This document shows, piece after piece, positions 34,926-44,485 of a stretch of DNA of 64,000 nt. Below the pieces are notes generated by a model, which saw only the letters and a list, made by a program, of their open reading frames with translations, had not been told where the DNA came from and ran no database searches. Position numbers and translations under genes: made by a program. The first letter of the stretch is position 1, and every line of letters starts with the position of its first letter. The stretch lies in the sequence record NC_047770.1; one strand, 5' to 3'. The DNA comes from Escherichia phage ESCO13.

Positions 34926-35927
34926 ATGCCAGCAGTAATTTTAGATCAGGTTGTAGATTTCAGCCCTATGATCGAACTTCAGGATTCCCCTGATACACTG
35001 ATTGCCAGCCTGAATCTGTTCAGTGTTGACTATCATTCAACTACCGCTATTGAAATCGGTAAAGAAAAAGCTGAAGATGCTCTGATCTCCGCTCGTGAGC
35101 GTGGTGGTGAGCGTAACTTCCTGACCATGAAAAATCCAGAACTGAAAGCGTTCCGCATTCCGTTCTTCCCTCTGGATAAAAACATCAAAGCTCAAGATAT
35201 TCAATCTTTCCGTAGCTTTGCAATGGCAGGAATCAATGACTCTCTGCGCACAGACGCTGAAGTTGTTAACCGTTATATGTCCCAGATTCTGCGTGACGTA
35301 GCAAAAACCAAAGAGAAAATCTTTGCAGAAGCAGTTATGGGTCGTGCCTATAACGGCGTAGGTGGTGCAGCTAACTCTGCATACAACTGGTATACCGAGT
35401 GGAATGCTACCCAGAAATCTGTTGCTGTAGACTTTGCTTCTACCACTGTTTCTCCAGCAGCCACTATCGAACAAGAAGCTCGTGCTTACATCATCGATAC
35501 TAAACAAGATGGCTCTACCGCTACCCGTATCGTAGCTCTGTGTTCTCGTGAATTTTTCGCATCTCTGGTTAACTCTCCATTTGTTCGCCAGGCGTATCAG
35601 TATTTCCAGGGAACTCCTAACCTTCTGCGTGACCGCCTTAGCGGTAACATGGATGTTCAGGTGTTCGAATGGAACGGTGTAACTTACATTGAAGATATCC
35701 ACGGTAACATCCCTGCTGGTGAAGCATATGTTCTGCCTATGGGTATCGAAGGTATGTTCCAGGCGCACTACGCTCCTGCGGATACTCCAGAACTGGCTAA
35801 CACCCAGGCTCGTGAACTGTATACCTTCATGATCAGCCAGCACCGCACTATTCAGCTTCAGTCTGAATTCTCGCTGCTCGCAGTTAACACCCGTCCAGAA
35901 CTGGTAGTTAAACTGACTACGGCTTAA
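34926..35927 (+). CDS. Major capsid protein (lambda gpE-like)
   Basis: 333 aa; C-terminal ANTQARELYTF block matches lambda gpE GNTQARGLRTY; followed by a strong terminator. Confidence 0.75.
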   Translation: MPAVILDQVVDFSPMIELQDSPDTLIASLNLFSVDYHSTTAIEIGKEKAEDALISARERGGERNFLTMKNPELKAFRIPFFPLDKNIKAQDIQSFRSFAMAGINDSLRTDAEVVNRYMSQILRDVAKTKEKIFAEAVMGRAYNGVGGAANSAYNWYTEWNATQKSVAVDFASTTVSPAATIEQEARAYIIDTKQDGSTATRIVALCSREFFASLVNSPFVRQAYQYFQGTPNLLRDRLSGNMDVQVFEWNGVTYIEDIHGNIPAGEAYVLPMGIEGMFQAHYAPADTPELANTQARELYTFMISQHRTIQLQSEFSLLAVNTRPELVVKLTTA

Positions 35928-35948
35928 CAGAACTCTGTTAATATTAGA

Positions 35949-35980
35949 GGCTCGTCCGTGATGGGCGAGCCTTTTCTGTT
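35949..35980 (+). terminator. Rho-independent terminator after capsid gene
   Basis: GGCTCG...CGAGCC stem (35949-35971) followed by TTTTCTGTTT. Confidence 0.65.
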
Positions 35981-36011
35981 TACAATAAGAGTTTACAATG
36001 AGGAGATTGAT

Positions 36012-36356
36012 ATGTCAAACCCAGAATTGAAACGTTACTTTAGTTATCACGAAATGATTCGTGATTTCGAATCGCTTTCACCACTGATTGATGCTGATAA
36101 AACATTAGTATCTGCGCCACCAATGTCTTTCTATCTGAAAGATGGTCGTATTGCATTAGGTGGAAACTTCATTCACTTCCTCACGCGTTTGAGAGAAGAA
36201 ACAGGTATTCTTGTGCATCCTTTTGCAAGTGAAGAACACATGGGTTACTATCTTGTAAGTTACGAAGACTATGCACCTGTAAAAATCAAAGAAGAAGTTT
36301 TAAAAGTAGAAGCGGTAGACACTCCAGCTAAAAAACGTTCCCTTCGTAAAAAATAA
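36012..36356 (+). CDS. Hypothetical head/neck protein
   Basis: Track ORF from 35958; ATG at 36012 with GAGGAG SD lies beyond the terminator. Confidence 0.4.
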   Translation: MSNPELKRYFSYHEMIRDFESLSPLIDADKTLVSAPPMSFYLKDGRIALGGNFIHFLTRLREETGILVHPFASEEHMGYYLVSYEDYAPVKIKEEVLKVEAVDTPAKKRSLRKK

Positions 36357-36365
36357 GGTGGGCTT

Positions 36366-36914
36366 ATGCTGAATGCGGTAGAGTTGGCACCACTGATCCG
36401 AATTCTTGTTTATAACCCTTCTCAAGAAGTATTGCCAGATGCAATGCTGATTCAGATCGTCCAAACTTGGATTGATATTATAGGGAATGAAGATAAGGAT
36501 AAGTGTGCAGTATTGTGGAACAGCTTGATTTCTGTTTTAGAGTATTTATGGAACAACGATGTTCTTAATAACAATACTCAAACAGGAGGAGCTATGTCCC
36601 GCAGAGAAAAGATGGGTGAAGTCGAAGTTGAAGTTAAATTTAACAACGGTCAAGTAACTTATAAGTCTCCGTGGGAAGATATCTATCATAACTATTTAAA
36701 TGGTCTTATGGTGATCCCTGGGTGCACGGCAGGACGAGGAGCAACCAGTAAAGTTCTTATTGGTGGTGTTGATGCTCGTGAGATTGATCGAGTAAACAGT
36801 GATCCTAACTCTGTAAATGGTCTTGGTAATGTTGCAAGTGTTGATCGTAATACACGCAACGTTAATTATTTGCGAAATTACGGACCTGTTTCTTTTTATC
36901 GTAGGGACAAATAA
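36366..36914 (+). CDS. Putative head-tail connector/completion protein
   Basis: 182 aa; position between capsid and tail genes. Confidence 0.35.
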   Translation: MLNAVELAPLIRILVYNPSQEVLPDAMLIQIVQTWIDIIGNEDKDKCAVLWNSLISVLEYLWNNDVLNNNTQTGGAMSRREKMGEVEVEVKFNNGQVTYKSPWEDIYHNYLNGLMVIPGCTAGRGATSKVLIGGVDAREIDRVNSDPNSVNGLGNVASVDRNTRNVNYLRNYGPVSFYRRDK

Positions 36915-37402
36915 TGGAAAGTGAGATCTTACCAGGTGACGATACAGATTGGGAAACCATTATCAAAAAGATGATGGACCTTGAACAAGTTCAAATCGAA
37001 GCTGGTTTTTTAACAAACAAAAGGCATCCTGAATCAGATCTCACTATTCCTGCAATAGCAGCTATTCAACAATATGGTAATGAAACAAACAACATACCTG
37101 CTCGCCCTTTTATAACAGATGGTGCTGTTATCTCACAGAACAATATCGCTAAAAAGATGAAGCAGGTTTTTGCAAATTACCTAATGAACAATGTTGGGTT
37201 GGCTGTTTTTGAGCCTATAGCGAGAGCCTCTAGAGAAGGAATAGCTCAAGCGATTGCAATGCAACGTTATCGTCCTTTATCTCCTGTGACAATTAAGATA
37301 CGACAAGATAAAGGCAACTATTCTAATCATATCTTAATAGATACGGCATATATGATAAATGCAATCGAAACAAAAATCACAAAAAGCAAGTCTAAAAAAT
37401 AA
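36914..37402 (+). CDS. Putative head-tail joining protein
   Basis: 162 aa; ATGA overlap with upstream gene. Confidence 0.35.
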   Translation: MESEILPGDDTDWETIIKKMMDLEQVQIEAGFLTNKRHPESDLTIPAIAAIQQYGNETNNIPARPFITDGAVISQNNIAKKMKQVFANYLMNNVGLAVFEPIARASREGIAQAIAMQRYRPLSPVTIKIRQDKGNYSNHILIDTAYMINAIETKITKSKSKK

Positions 37403-37403
37403 C

Positions 37404-37432
37404 TTGCATAAACTTTGTTTTTGATGTATACT
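37404..37432 (+). promoter_or_regulatory. Sigma70-like promoter (TTGCAT-17-TATACT)
   Basis: -35 at 37404-37409 and -10 at 37427-37432; implies the downstream gene starts at GTG 37448. Confidence 0.45.
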
Positions 37433-37447
37433 AAAAAGGAGATACAA

Positions 37448-37864
37448 GTGTTACTAGATCAATTTACTCTCCTTGATCTAACTGAATACCAAGGTCGTAG
37501 ACGAGTCTACAAAGAGGCCGTTGGTTCAGTTATTGCTAACTTAGAAAGTAGTGTAGAATATGAACCATTTACTATTGAAGCTGCAAGCTTACAACCGATA
37601 TCTGGTAAAACACTGAATGCACTACCTGAAGGTTACAGATCTAAGGCTCAATATAGTTTCTGGACTAAAACAGAAATGAAGGGGTTACAACAAGGAACAG
37701 AACAGCTATCAGATCAGATATTGATAGATGGTAAATGGTATTCTGTTTATTCCCTTAAAGATTGGACCAGAACATCTTTCTTAGTCCATCATCACTGTGT
37801 TGCAATATTAGACGATCAAAACAACTCCTGGTCTTATGGAACAGAAGGAGGAAACTTTGGCTAA
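37448..37864 (+). CDS. Putative tail completion protein
   Basis: In-frame GTG at 37448 preceded by AAGGAG SD; track ORF start (TTG 37415) lies inside the promoter. Confidence 0.4.
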   Translation: MLLDQFTLLDLTEYQGRRRVYKEAVGSVIANLESSVEYEPFTIEAASLQPISGKTLNALPEGYRSKAQYSFWTKTEMKGLQQGTEQLSDQILIDGKWYSVYSLKDWTRTSFLVHHHCVAILDDQNNSWSYGTEGGNFG

Positions 37865-38495
37865 TATTTACCAACAAATAGAAGCATACGAAAATGCCAT
37901 CTACTTAAATATAGGTGGCTTCCTTCAAGAATTAGTGGGGTTGCCAGTCTATGTTATGGATAAGCCATTCATTAAACCGGATACTCCTTACCTAGCACTA
38001 CGTATTATCACTTCCAGCGATTCTGGAGGTTGGTCTTACCGAAGCTCTATTCAAAATGATATGTATTCCTACGAGATGGATAATACCTACGAGATTGAAC
38101 TCGTAGCCTATCGTGGAAGACCTACCACTTTGATGAGCTATGTTCTGGCTGCTCTCCGTGGTGCAGAGGAATTAAAATACAAACATCTCTATTCTAAAGG
38201 TCTTGGTTTTTTAGGAGCCTCTAATATAGCTCAAGCCAATACAATTGTAGACGGAGATAAGACTGAATTAAGAGCGCGTATGGTTATGACGTTCAACACT
38301 CGCATGAGTATTGAAGATATTGCTACTACACCAATAGAAGCAATCAACATGCACATCCGTTCATTCAGAGATAGTTACAATGATCCTATCCCTTTAGATT
38401 TAATTCTAAACAGGGTTTATGCAATTACTTTGGTTCCAGGCGAATACTCGTCAGTTAATCAAAATGGATCATTATTTAACAACCCTACCGAATAA
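37836..38495 (+). CDS. Hypothetical structural protein
   Basis: 219 aa; alternative TTG start at 37857 has AGGAGG SD. Confidence 0.4.
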   Translation: MEQKEETLANIYQQIEAYENAIYLNIGGFLQELVGLPVYVMDKPFIKPDTPYLALRIITSSDSGGWSYRSSIQNDMYSYEMDNTYEIELVAYRGRPTTLMSYVLAALRGAEELKYKHLYSKGLGFLGASNIAQANTIVDGDKTELRARMVMTFNTRMSIEDIATTPIEAINMHIRSFRDSYNDPIPLDLILNRVYAITLVPGEYSSVNQNGSLFNNPTE

Positions 38496-38529
38496 ACTCA
38501 TTGGAATTAAGTTTCTAACAGGAGCATAA

Positions 38530-39903
38530 ATGGCAACTTTTCGTGAAAAGGTAGCAACCGTAACTTTACTGTATGGTGCTACATCAATTCGTGAAACCCA
38601 GTTCGATATTCCCCTGATCCTTACAGGTCAGAACGTAACTGGCGAAGCGATTCAATATTACTCTTCTTCCGATGCACTTTTGGAAGCAGGTTATGGATTA
38701 AATGATCCAGCGTATATTATGGCAGTCAAACTGTTTAACGGTTTGTTCCCACCAGATCAAGTTATGGTTGGTAAGCGTGAAGTTACAAACTTTACTCTAA
38801 CTCCAATCGTAGAAGATAGTGCAACTTACACAATTACCATCAAAAATGGTACCAAGAAAAAAGAATTTAAATTCATTGCTGATGACACTGCAACTGCACA
38901 AGAGATTGTAGTTGGTCTGACTGAAATGATCAATGCAGATCTTGTTTATGGCCCACTGTTTACAGTAGCTAACAACGGCGCTGCAATGACTTTCACTCCA
39001 GTAGAAGGTAAGTTTGGTTCTATTGACAGCACAGGTTTCACTCAAGAAACTGTCTATGCTAATGCTATTACGGAAGATATTGCTGCTCTGCATGATATTG
39101 ATAGTAGCTGGTTCTGGACCCTTTCAGATTCCCATGAAACAGAAGATGTTCTAGCTTTGGCTGCATGGGTAGAAGAGAATGATAAAGTTTACTTCTTCTC
39201 TAGCTCTGAACCTGGAATTAAAACGAAAGCAGAAGATAACGTTCTGGAACGACTGAATGACCTCGGTTATAATAACACTTGCTTTGCTTTGTGGATGACC
39301 GATGCAGATTCTGTATTCCCAGAAGCAGCAGTTGTTGGTGCAATCTGTTCTCGTCAACCTGGTTTAACTACTCTTCACGGTAAAACACTGGTAGGTGTAG
39401 AGATCGAGAAACTGGATCAGACTTCGGAAAACAATATTGTTCAACAGAACGGTAACATCTATCGTAAAGAGCATGGAACTCTGTTCTATCGTGATGGATT
39501 GATGGTTAGCGGTTTCTTTGTTGACTATGTTGTTCATGCTTTGTGGTTTAAAGCTCGCACAGAAGAATCACTGTTTACACTGTTTAAACAACAGTCTATG
39601 CTGGGCGGTGGTGTTCGTGCTACTTCAAACGGTCTAGCTTTGATTCGACAAGCTGTTCTGGCTAACCCGATCCAAGTAGGTATCCTCAACGGTTCCATCG
39701 CTAATGAAGTTGTTACTTCTGAAGAGACTGGTTTGCGTGTCGATCTGAAACCTATAGTTTATATTCCTTCTCGTGCCGATATGACCGATGCGCAAATCAA
39801 TGCTCGTCTGGTTGATGGGATGAAGATTGAATATGTTTACGCTGGCTTCTTCCATTACGTTAAAGTTCAGGTCAACGTCCTGACTAACCGTACTGCAAAC
39901 TAA
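38530..39903 (+). CDS. Putative tail sheath protein
   Basis: 457 aa; immediately upstream of tube, frameshifted chaperone and tape-measure genes (P2 FI/FII/E/T order). Confidence 0.5.
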   Translation: MATFREKVATVTLLYGATSIRETQFDIPLILTGQNVTGEAIQYYSSSDALLEAGYGLNDPAYIMAVKLFNGLFPPDQVMVGKREVTNFTLTPIVEDSATYTITIKNGTKKKEFKFIADDTATAQEIVVGLTEMINADLVYGPLFTVANNGAAMTFTPVEGKFGSIDSTGFTQETVYANAITEDIAALHDIDSSWFWTLSDSHETEDVLALAAWVEENDKVYFFSSSEPGIKTKAEDNVLERLNDLGYNNTCFALWMTDADSVFPEAAVVGAICSRQPGLTTLHGKTLVGVEIEKLDQTSENNIVQQNGNIYRKEHGTLFYRDGLMVSGFFVDYVVHALWFKARTEESLFTLFKQQSMLGGGVRATSNGLALIRQAVLANPIQVGILNGSIANEVVTSEETGLRVDLKPIVYIPSRADMTDAQINARLVDGMKIEYVYAGFFHYVKVQVNVLTNRTAN

Positions 39904-39949
39904 TACGGCGGGGGTTAAGCCCCCGTTATCAAAATAAAGAGGATCTATA

Positions 39950-40429
39950 ATGGATAAAATGCTTACTGGCGTAATGGCCTACGACCCATCTCAAGTTATC
40001 CTTTCATTAGGTGGTTGGGAACCGTGGGGTTTTGCGGCTGATACTAAAATCGTTATTGCTAAATCTAACGATATTATCAACCCTTATTCAGGGACTGATG
40101 GGGACGTTTCATTAGCTTTGAGTCGTAACCGTTTGGGAACACTCACAATGTCTTTGCAACGCACATCTCCAGCTAACGAAGTACTTGCAACATATGCACA
40201 AACAATGTATTCTACTCGTCAAGTAGCATTCAGTGTTTACTTGGAAGACCCACGTGGCTATTACATTAGCACGATTGGATGGATTCAAAGTCAGCCTGAA
40301 GATACTATTGGCGAAATGATTACAGAGAACCAATGGGTTATTGGTCTTAAAGATGCAAGCCTTCTGCGTAATGAAGTTGGTGTAGGTTTGAGCACCCTTA
40401 ACTCAATCTCTGCTCTGACAATTCAATAA
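39950..40429 (+). CDS. Putative tail tube protein
   Basis: 159 aa; between sheath and chaperone genes; followed by a strong terminator. Confidence 0.5.
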   Translation: MDKMLTGVMAYDPSQVILSLGGWEPWGFAADTKIVIAKSNDIINPYSGTDGDVSLALSRNRLGTLTMSLQRTSPANEVLATYAQTMYSTRQVAFSVYLEDPRGYYISTIGWIQSQPEDTIGEMITENQWVIGLKDASLLRNEVGVGLSTLNSISALTIQ

Positions 40430-40434
40430 TAAAT

Positions 40435-40457
40435 AAAGGGCAGAAATGCCCTTTTTA
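40435..40457 (+). terminator. Rho-independent terminator after tube gene
   Basis: GGGCA-GAAA-TGCCC hairpin followed by TTTTT. Confidence 0.7.
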
Positions 40458-40474
40458 TCATTAGAGAGGAAAAT

Positions 40475-40957
40475 ATGTCACAAGAACAAGATAACACAAT
40501 TCAAAAATATGCTCGACCAGAAGAAGTAGTTGAGATTCCGTTAGATGGAAACAGATCTGTTACTTTCCGTATTATGAAGTGGAGTCCATCTAAAGTGTTT
40601 GACAGGATTCCAGAATTAGGTAGTGTTCTGGTTGTTCCTATGACTATGTATAGCACAGCAACAATGTCCGCAGACGAAGACCTTGAGTCACGTATTGCTA
40701 TGGCACTGATCCAACTTTTTGCAGGTTTGGAAGAAAAGAATTTAACTGTCTTTTTGCGTAAAATTTTAGATGAGGTTTATACCCAAGACGGTTATAACGT
40801 TGCAGAAAATTTTGATGAATTATTTATGGCTCACCCAGAACTAGTGTTAGATCTTACTGCTAAAGTTCTGGAGGTAAACTACGGCCCTTTTTTCAAACGA
40901 GGTTTCGGAAAACTGTTCACACAGCTTCAGGCGATGACGAGTTTAGCAGCAAATTAA
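40475..40957 (+). CDS. Tail assembly chaperone (gpG/gpE-like, short product)
   Basis: 160 aa; directly upstream of tape measure; contains slippery heptamer near its 3' end. Confidence 0.55.
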   Translation: MSQEQDNTIQKYARPEEVVEIPLDGNRSVTFRIMKWSPSKVFDRIPELGSVLVVPMTMYSTATMSADEDLESRIAMALIQLFAGLEEKNLTVFLRKILDEVYTQDGYNVAENFDELFMAHPELVLDLTAKVLEVNYGPFFKRGFGKLFTQLQAMTSLAAN

Positions 40958-41223
40958 CACCTGCGATTGAACATGCTATCGACACAGCAACGAAAACCCT
41001 TACTTTGAAGTGGTATGAGGTTATTCTTTGCAAAGTCGTTAAAGATACCTCGGAAACACTGAAAACATTGGATAACTACGGTGTAGATTATCTTTTAAAA
41101 CTATATGAGTATTTAACATACGAAGAGTATGTTGAAGCCATGTATGTTAAAGACACTTCAATAAAGAGAAAACATCAAAACCAGACAAATAAAATGTCAG
41201 ATTTGTTTAAGAAACTTGTTTAA
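40475..41223 (+). CDS. Tail assembly chaperone, -1 frameshift fusion product (gpGT/gpE+E'-like)
   Basis: A -1 slip at T TTT TTC (40888-40894) enters a frame open from 40864 to the stop at 41221-41223, which includes track ORF 41005-41223. Confidence 0.5.
40888..40894 (+). promoter_or_regulatory. Programmed -1 ribosomal frameshift slippery site (T_TTT_TTC)
   Basis: X_XXY_YYZ heptamer in the zero frame (ccT TTT TTC) about 20 codons before the chaperone stop, upstream of tape measure. Confidence 0.5.
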
Positions 41224-41243
41224 TCCAACACGAGGAACATACT

Positions 41244-43232
41244 TTGTTAGAAATTAACGCCTCCAGAATTAGTAACGTGGTTACGTTTAAGGTGGACAAG
41301 AACAGTCTCAAGGAAGCAAAAGATGCCGTGTTGAGTGTTCAGAAGTTTGCAAATAAAATGCAACCCACTATGAACATGACCAAGTTTAGACAACAAATGA
41401 AAGAGATTGAGCGTGAACTTAAGAAAGCTCAAACTCAAAGTCAAAAACCTATGCGAGCACCTACTCCCGCCGGAGCGGGTGCTCCTGTAGGAGGATCTGG
41501 TAGACCTAGAACTCCTAAAACCCCGCAAGGAAGAGAAGAAGAAAAAGCTCGTAAAGCTGCTGAACGCGAAGCTAAAGCAGCAGCACGTAGGGAAGATTTA
41601 GGTAATCTTCGTTTGCAGAACTTTAACTACAGAGCAAGAGCATTTAGTAAAGCCAGTCCTGGCGCTATGCAAGAAGCTAGGGACGTTATGGGTAAAGCTG
41701 TAGAGCAATACAAAAAGGGTGAAATAACTCTTCAACGTATGAACCAAGCTCTTGCTCACCAGTTGGATGCTTTACGCAGATCTCATCGTGAAAAGAATGC
41801 TGAAATAGAAGACGAGGTTCGCGGTCGTCGCCGTATTCGTAGAGAGCTAGAAGCAGAAGCTAAAATGCGTATACGTATGCGAAATCGTGAACTTAGAGAT
41901 ATAGAACGCAACCGTAAGCGTGAATTAGCTCAACAAAAACGTGATCGTGATCGTAGATACGGACAATTAAAAGAAGGTGCAGCAGGTCTTAATCCACGCA
42001 TGATTGCATCCTCTTTGATAGGTGCTGGGCTGTTTGCAGGTGGTTCTGTAGTTGGTAACACGTTGATGAATACTAACGAAAGAATTAAACTTGTAAGTCG
42101 TGGTGCTGAAAACGTTCAGACAAACGCCAACGCTATTTTGGCAATGACAGCTTGGGGTGAACAGAACGGTGTAGACTCTGCAAATATTATTAAATCAATA
42201 GATAATATTAAAGACGTTCGTGAACGTCTTGGTAATACTGTTTTAGCTGCAAAGTGGAATGAGAAAGAAGGGAAGTGGAAAGGCGGTGATAATGGCATAA
42301 CTGACATTATGAACTTGTTCGGATGGAATCCAGAACAGCTTAAACCTTTACAGAACGATCCTTTAGCTTTTATTCAGGCTACTGTTAATGAAGGTGAGCG
42401 TCGAGGTATGAACTCTGCTCAAATCGGGCGACTTCTTGAAAACCTTGGTGATGACCTTATGCACTACCAACGTATGTTTAGTAAAAACGGCGAAGGGTAT
42501 AATGAAGTATTGAAAATGCTTCAAAGAACAGGTGCAACATTAACTCAAGAACAAATAGATGCTTCTAAAGAGTTTACTCGTTTTGCTGCAACAGTTCAGC
42601 TTGTAGGTCAAGGTATGCAGAACCACTTCTTAGAGGGTTTTGTGAAAGCCTTACCTAAAGATGATTCTTGGTTGGATAACGTTAAAGTGCTAGATCAGTT
42701 TGCCAAAGATTTAGGTGAAGAACTCGGTAAGACAACAGTTCAATTAGGAGGTTTTGCTAAAGAATTAGGAGATGGCTTCGGATCTTTTACCAATTGGCTT
42801 AAAGAAACATTCCCAGATACATTCGGAGACAACACAGATCCTAATAAATCTATGGCACAAAAAGCATACGAGGCAACGCAAAGTGGAGACAGCAATCCTG
42901 TAGCAGATTGGTTGTACAATTTAACAGGTATTGATACACAAGACATTGGTCGTATGTGGAGAGGAGAACAAACAAGGACACGTGCTTTTGGATTTGGTAA
43001 TCCTCTTGAAGATTTACGTGAATCAGCCTATACACCTAACGTAAGTTTGGCTCGTAATCAACCTGTTGTTGAGAATACGGTAGCAATACCAAGTGATCTT
43101 ATCAAAGTTACGATCAGCCCTTCTTCAGAGTTTGGAAATATTCTTGATGCAAGAATTCAAAATAGCGGAAATAGCATTTTCCAACGTTTGTCTCTTTCAA
43201 CTCTAAGTGGACAATCTAACACTGGTGGTTAA
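41244..43232 (+). CDS. Tail tape measure protein
   Basis: 662 aa; Arg/Glu/Lys-rich helical repeats; follows chaperone genes; TTG start with GAGGA SD. Confidence 0.7.
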   Translation: MLEINASRISNVVTFKVDKNSLKEAKDAVLSVQKFANKMQPTMNMTKFRQQMKEIERELKKAQTQSQKPMRAPTPAGAGAPVGGSGRPRTPKTPQGREEEKARKAAEREAKAAARREDLGNLRLQNFNYRARAFSKASPGAMQEARDVMGKAVEQYKKGEITLQRMNQALAHQLDALRRSHREKNAEIEDEVRGRRRIRRELEAEAKMRIRMRNRELRDIERNRKRELAQQKRDRDRRYGQLKEGAAGLNPRMIASSLIGAGLFAGGSVVGNTLMNTNERIKLVSRGAENVQTNANAILAMTAWGEQNGVDSANIIKSIDNIKDVRERLGNTVLAAKWNEKEGKWKGGDNGITDIMNLFGWNPEQLKPLQNDPLAFIQATVNEGERRGMNSAQIGRLLENLGDDLMHYQRMFSKNGEGYNEVLKMLQRTGATLTQEQIDASKEFTRFAATVQLVGQGMQNHFLEGFVKALPKDDSWLDNVKVLDQFAKDLGEELGKTTVQLGGFAKELGDGFGSFTNWLKETFPDTFGDNTDPNKSMAQKAYEATQSGDSNPVADWLYNLTGIDTQDIGRMWRGEQTRTRAFGFGNPLEDLRESAYTPNVSLARNQPVVENTVAIPSDLIKVTISPSSEFGNILDARIQNSGNSIFQRLSLSTLSGQSNTGG

Positions 43233-43239
43233 TAAAATA

Positions 43240-43262
43240 CCTCGCTTCGGCGGGGTTTTTTC
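43240..43262 (+). terminator. Rho-independent terminator after tape measure gene
   Basis: CCTCGC-TTCG-GCGGGG hairpin followed by TTTTTT. Confidence 0.7.
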
Positions 43263-43269
43263 GTTTCCC

Positions 43270-43299
43270 TTGACACGAAGTTTCTATATGTGTTACAAT
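43270..43299 (+). promoter_or_regulatory. Sigma70-like promoter (TTGACA-17-TTACAAT) for baseplate operon
   Basis: -35 at 43270-43275; -10-like TTACAA/TACAAT at 43293-43299. Confidence 0.45.
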
Positions 43300-43358
43300 A
43301 ATCAATATGGGAAGATCTTGCATCTTCCTTTTGGCATTATCATTACTACGAGGTTATC

Positions 43359-44060
43359 ATGGCAGCAATGACTCCACAACAGTCGGTGAGAGCCGTCTAT
43401 AAGGCAGAACAGGAAATCAACTCTACCGAGAATAAAAATACCTCGGCATCTACTGTAAAGGGTGATAATGGTTTCTGCATTTTAGCAAGTGTTTATAATA
43501 GTTCAAGTGATCAATACATTCAAAACTTTAAAGCAATTACTTTCGATTCGGTCCCTGAAGTAGGTGTAACTCGTGAGGCAGATGTTACAAGTTTTCCAGT
43601 AGAATCAGGATCGGATGTAAGTGACCACGTTCAAATAAAAAACAACAGATTTAAACTTTCAGGTATAATTACCGAAACACCAATTCGGCTTATGCGAGAT
43701 CAATTATACAGTGCAGGTGTAAATGGGGCAAGGATTTCTCAAGCAATAGAATATCTAGATCAAATATTTGAGTCAAGACAACCAATAGTTCTTTTGACAG
43801 AACACAGGACTTTTGAAAATGTTATTCTGAAAGGGTACTCTTATGATTATAAATCTGAATTTGCTATGCAATTTGATTTAGAGTTCGAACAAATTCGTCT
43901 AGTCTCTAAGGCCACTACTAATGCTATTGCTGTAAAAACAGCACCAAATAAGTCAACTGGTGGTGATGTGAAAGGTCAAGTCGCTTCTAATGGTCCTAAG
44001 TCAGATATTACAGTAAGAACTGCTGAAGCTACTAATACCCCAACAAACAACGGAGGTTAA
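43359..44060 (+). CDS. Putative tail/baseplate protein
   Basis: 233 aa; first gene after tape measure. Confidence 0.35.
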   Translation: MAAMTPQQSVRAVYKAEQEINSTENKNTSASTVKGDNGFCILASVYNSSSDQYIQNFKAITFDSVPEVGVTREADVTSFPVESGSDVSDHVQIKNNRFKLSGIITETPIRLMRDQLYSAGVNGARISQAIEYLDQIFESRQPIVLLTEHRTFENVILKGYSYDYKSEFAMQFDLEFEQIRLVSKATTNAIAVKTAPNKSTGGDVKGQVASNGPKSDITVRTAEATNTPTNNGG

Positions 44061-44062
44061 TA

Positions 44063-44476
44063 GTGACAACTTATTCTAAAACAACAAGGTCTACAAGTAA
44101 TACTGGCTACAGTGCAGTTTATCTGGAGGACCATTCTACTTATTTTGCATGGTATCTGAAAACTGAAGAGTACCCTGATCAAACATATACAGTTACATTG
44201 GATGGAGTTGATTATGACATTCGTTTAAGGTGGAACACTAGGGACGAGTCTTGGCAATGTCAGATAGGATTATCTGGAGATGATCCAAGTATAAGTTTCA
44301 AAGTTACAAATGGTTTAGATCTTCTTAAACCTTATAAATATCTTGAAAGTGTGCCAGATGGTCAATTGTATATAGTAGATACAGTTAAGATTAATGGTCG
44401 TCCTGGGTATACAACTACAGGTCGAGATAAACGTTTTGTATTGGTTTATATTGATAACAAACCTAATCAGGCGTAA
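44063..44476 (+). CDS. Putative baseplate protein
   Basis: 137 aa; operon position. Confidence 0.35.
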   Translation: MTTYSKTTRSTSNTGYSAVYLEDHSTYFAWYLKTEEYPDQTYTVTLDGVDYDIRLRWNTRDESWQCQIGLSGDDPSISFKVTNGLDLLKPYKYLESVPDGQLYIVDTVKINGRPGYTTTGRDKRFVLVYIDNKPNQA

Positions 44477-44485
44477 GGAGATAAT

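Noticed and set aside
35976-35998. Direct repeat GTTTACAAT x2 after the capsid terminator, considered as promoter -35/-10
   Set aside because: Spacing between the TTTACA and TACAAT boxes is only 10 bp, incompatible with a sigma70 promoter; function left open.
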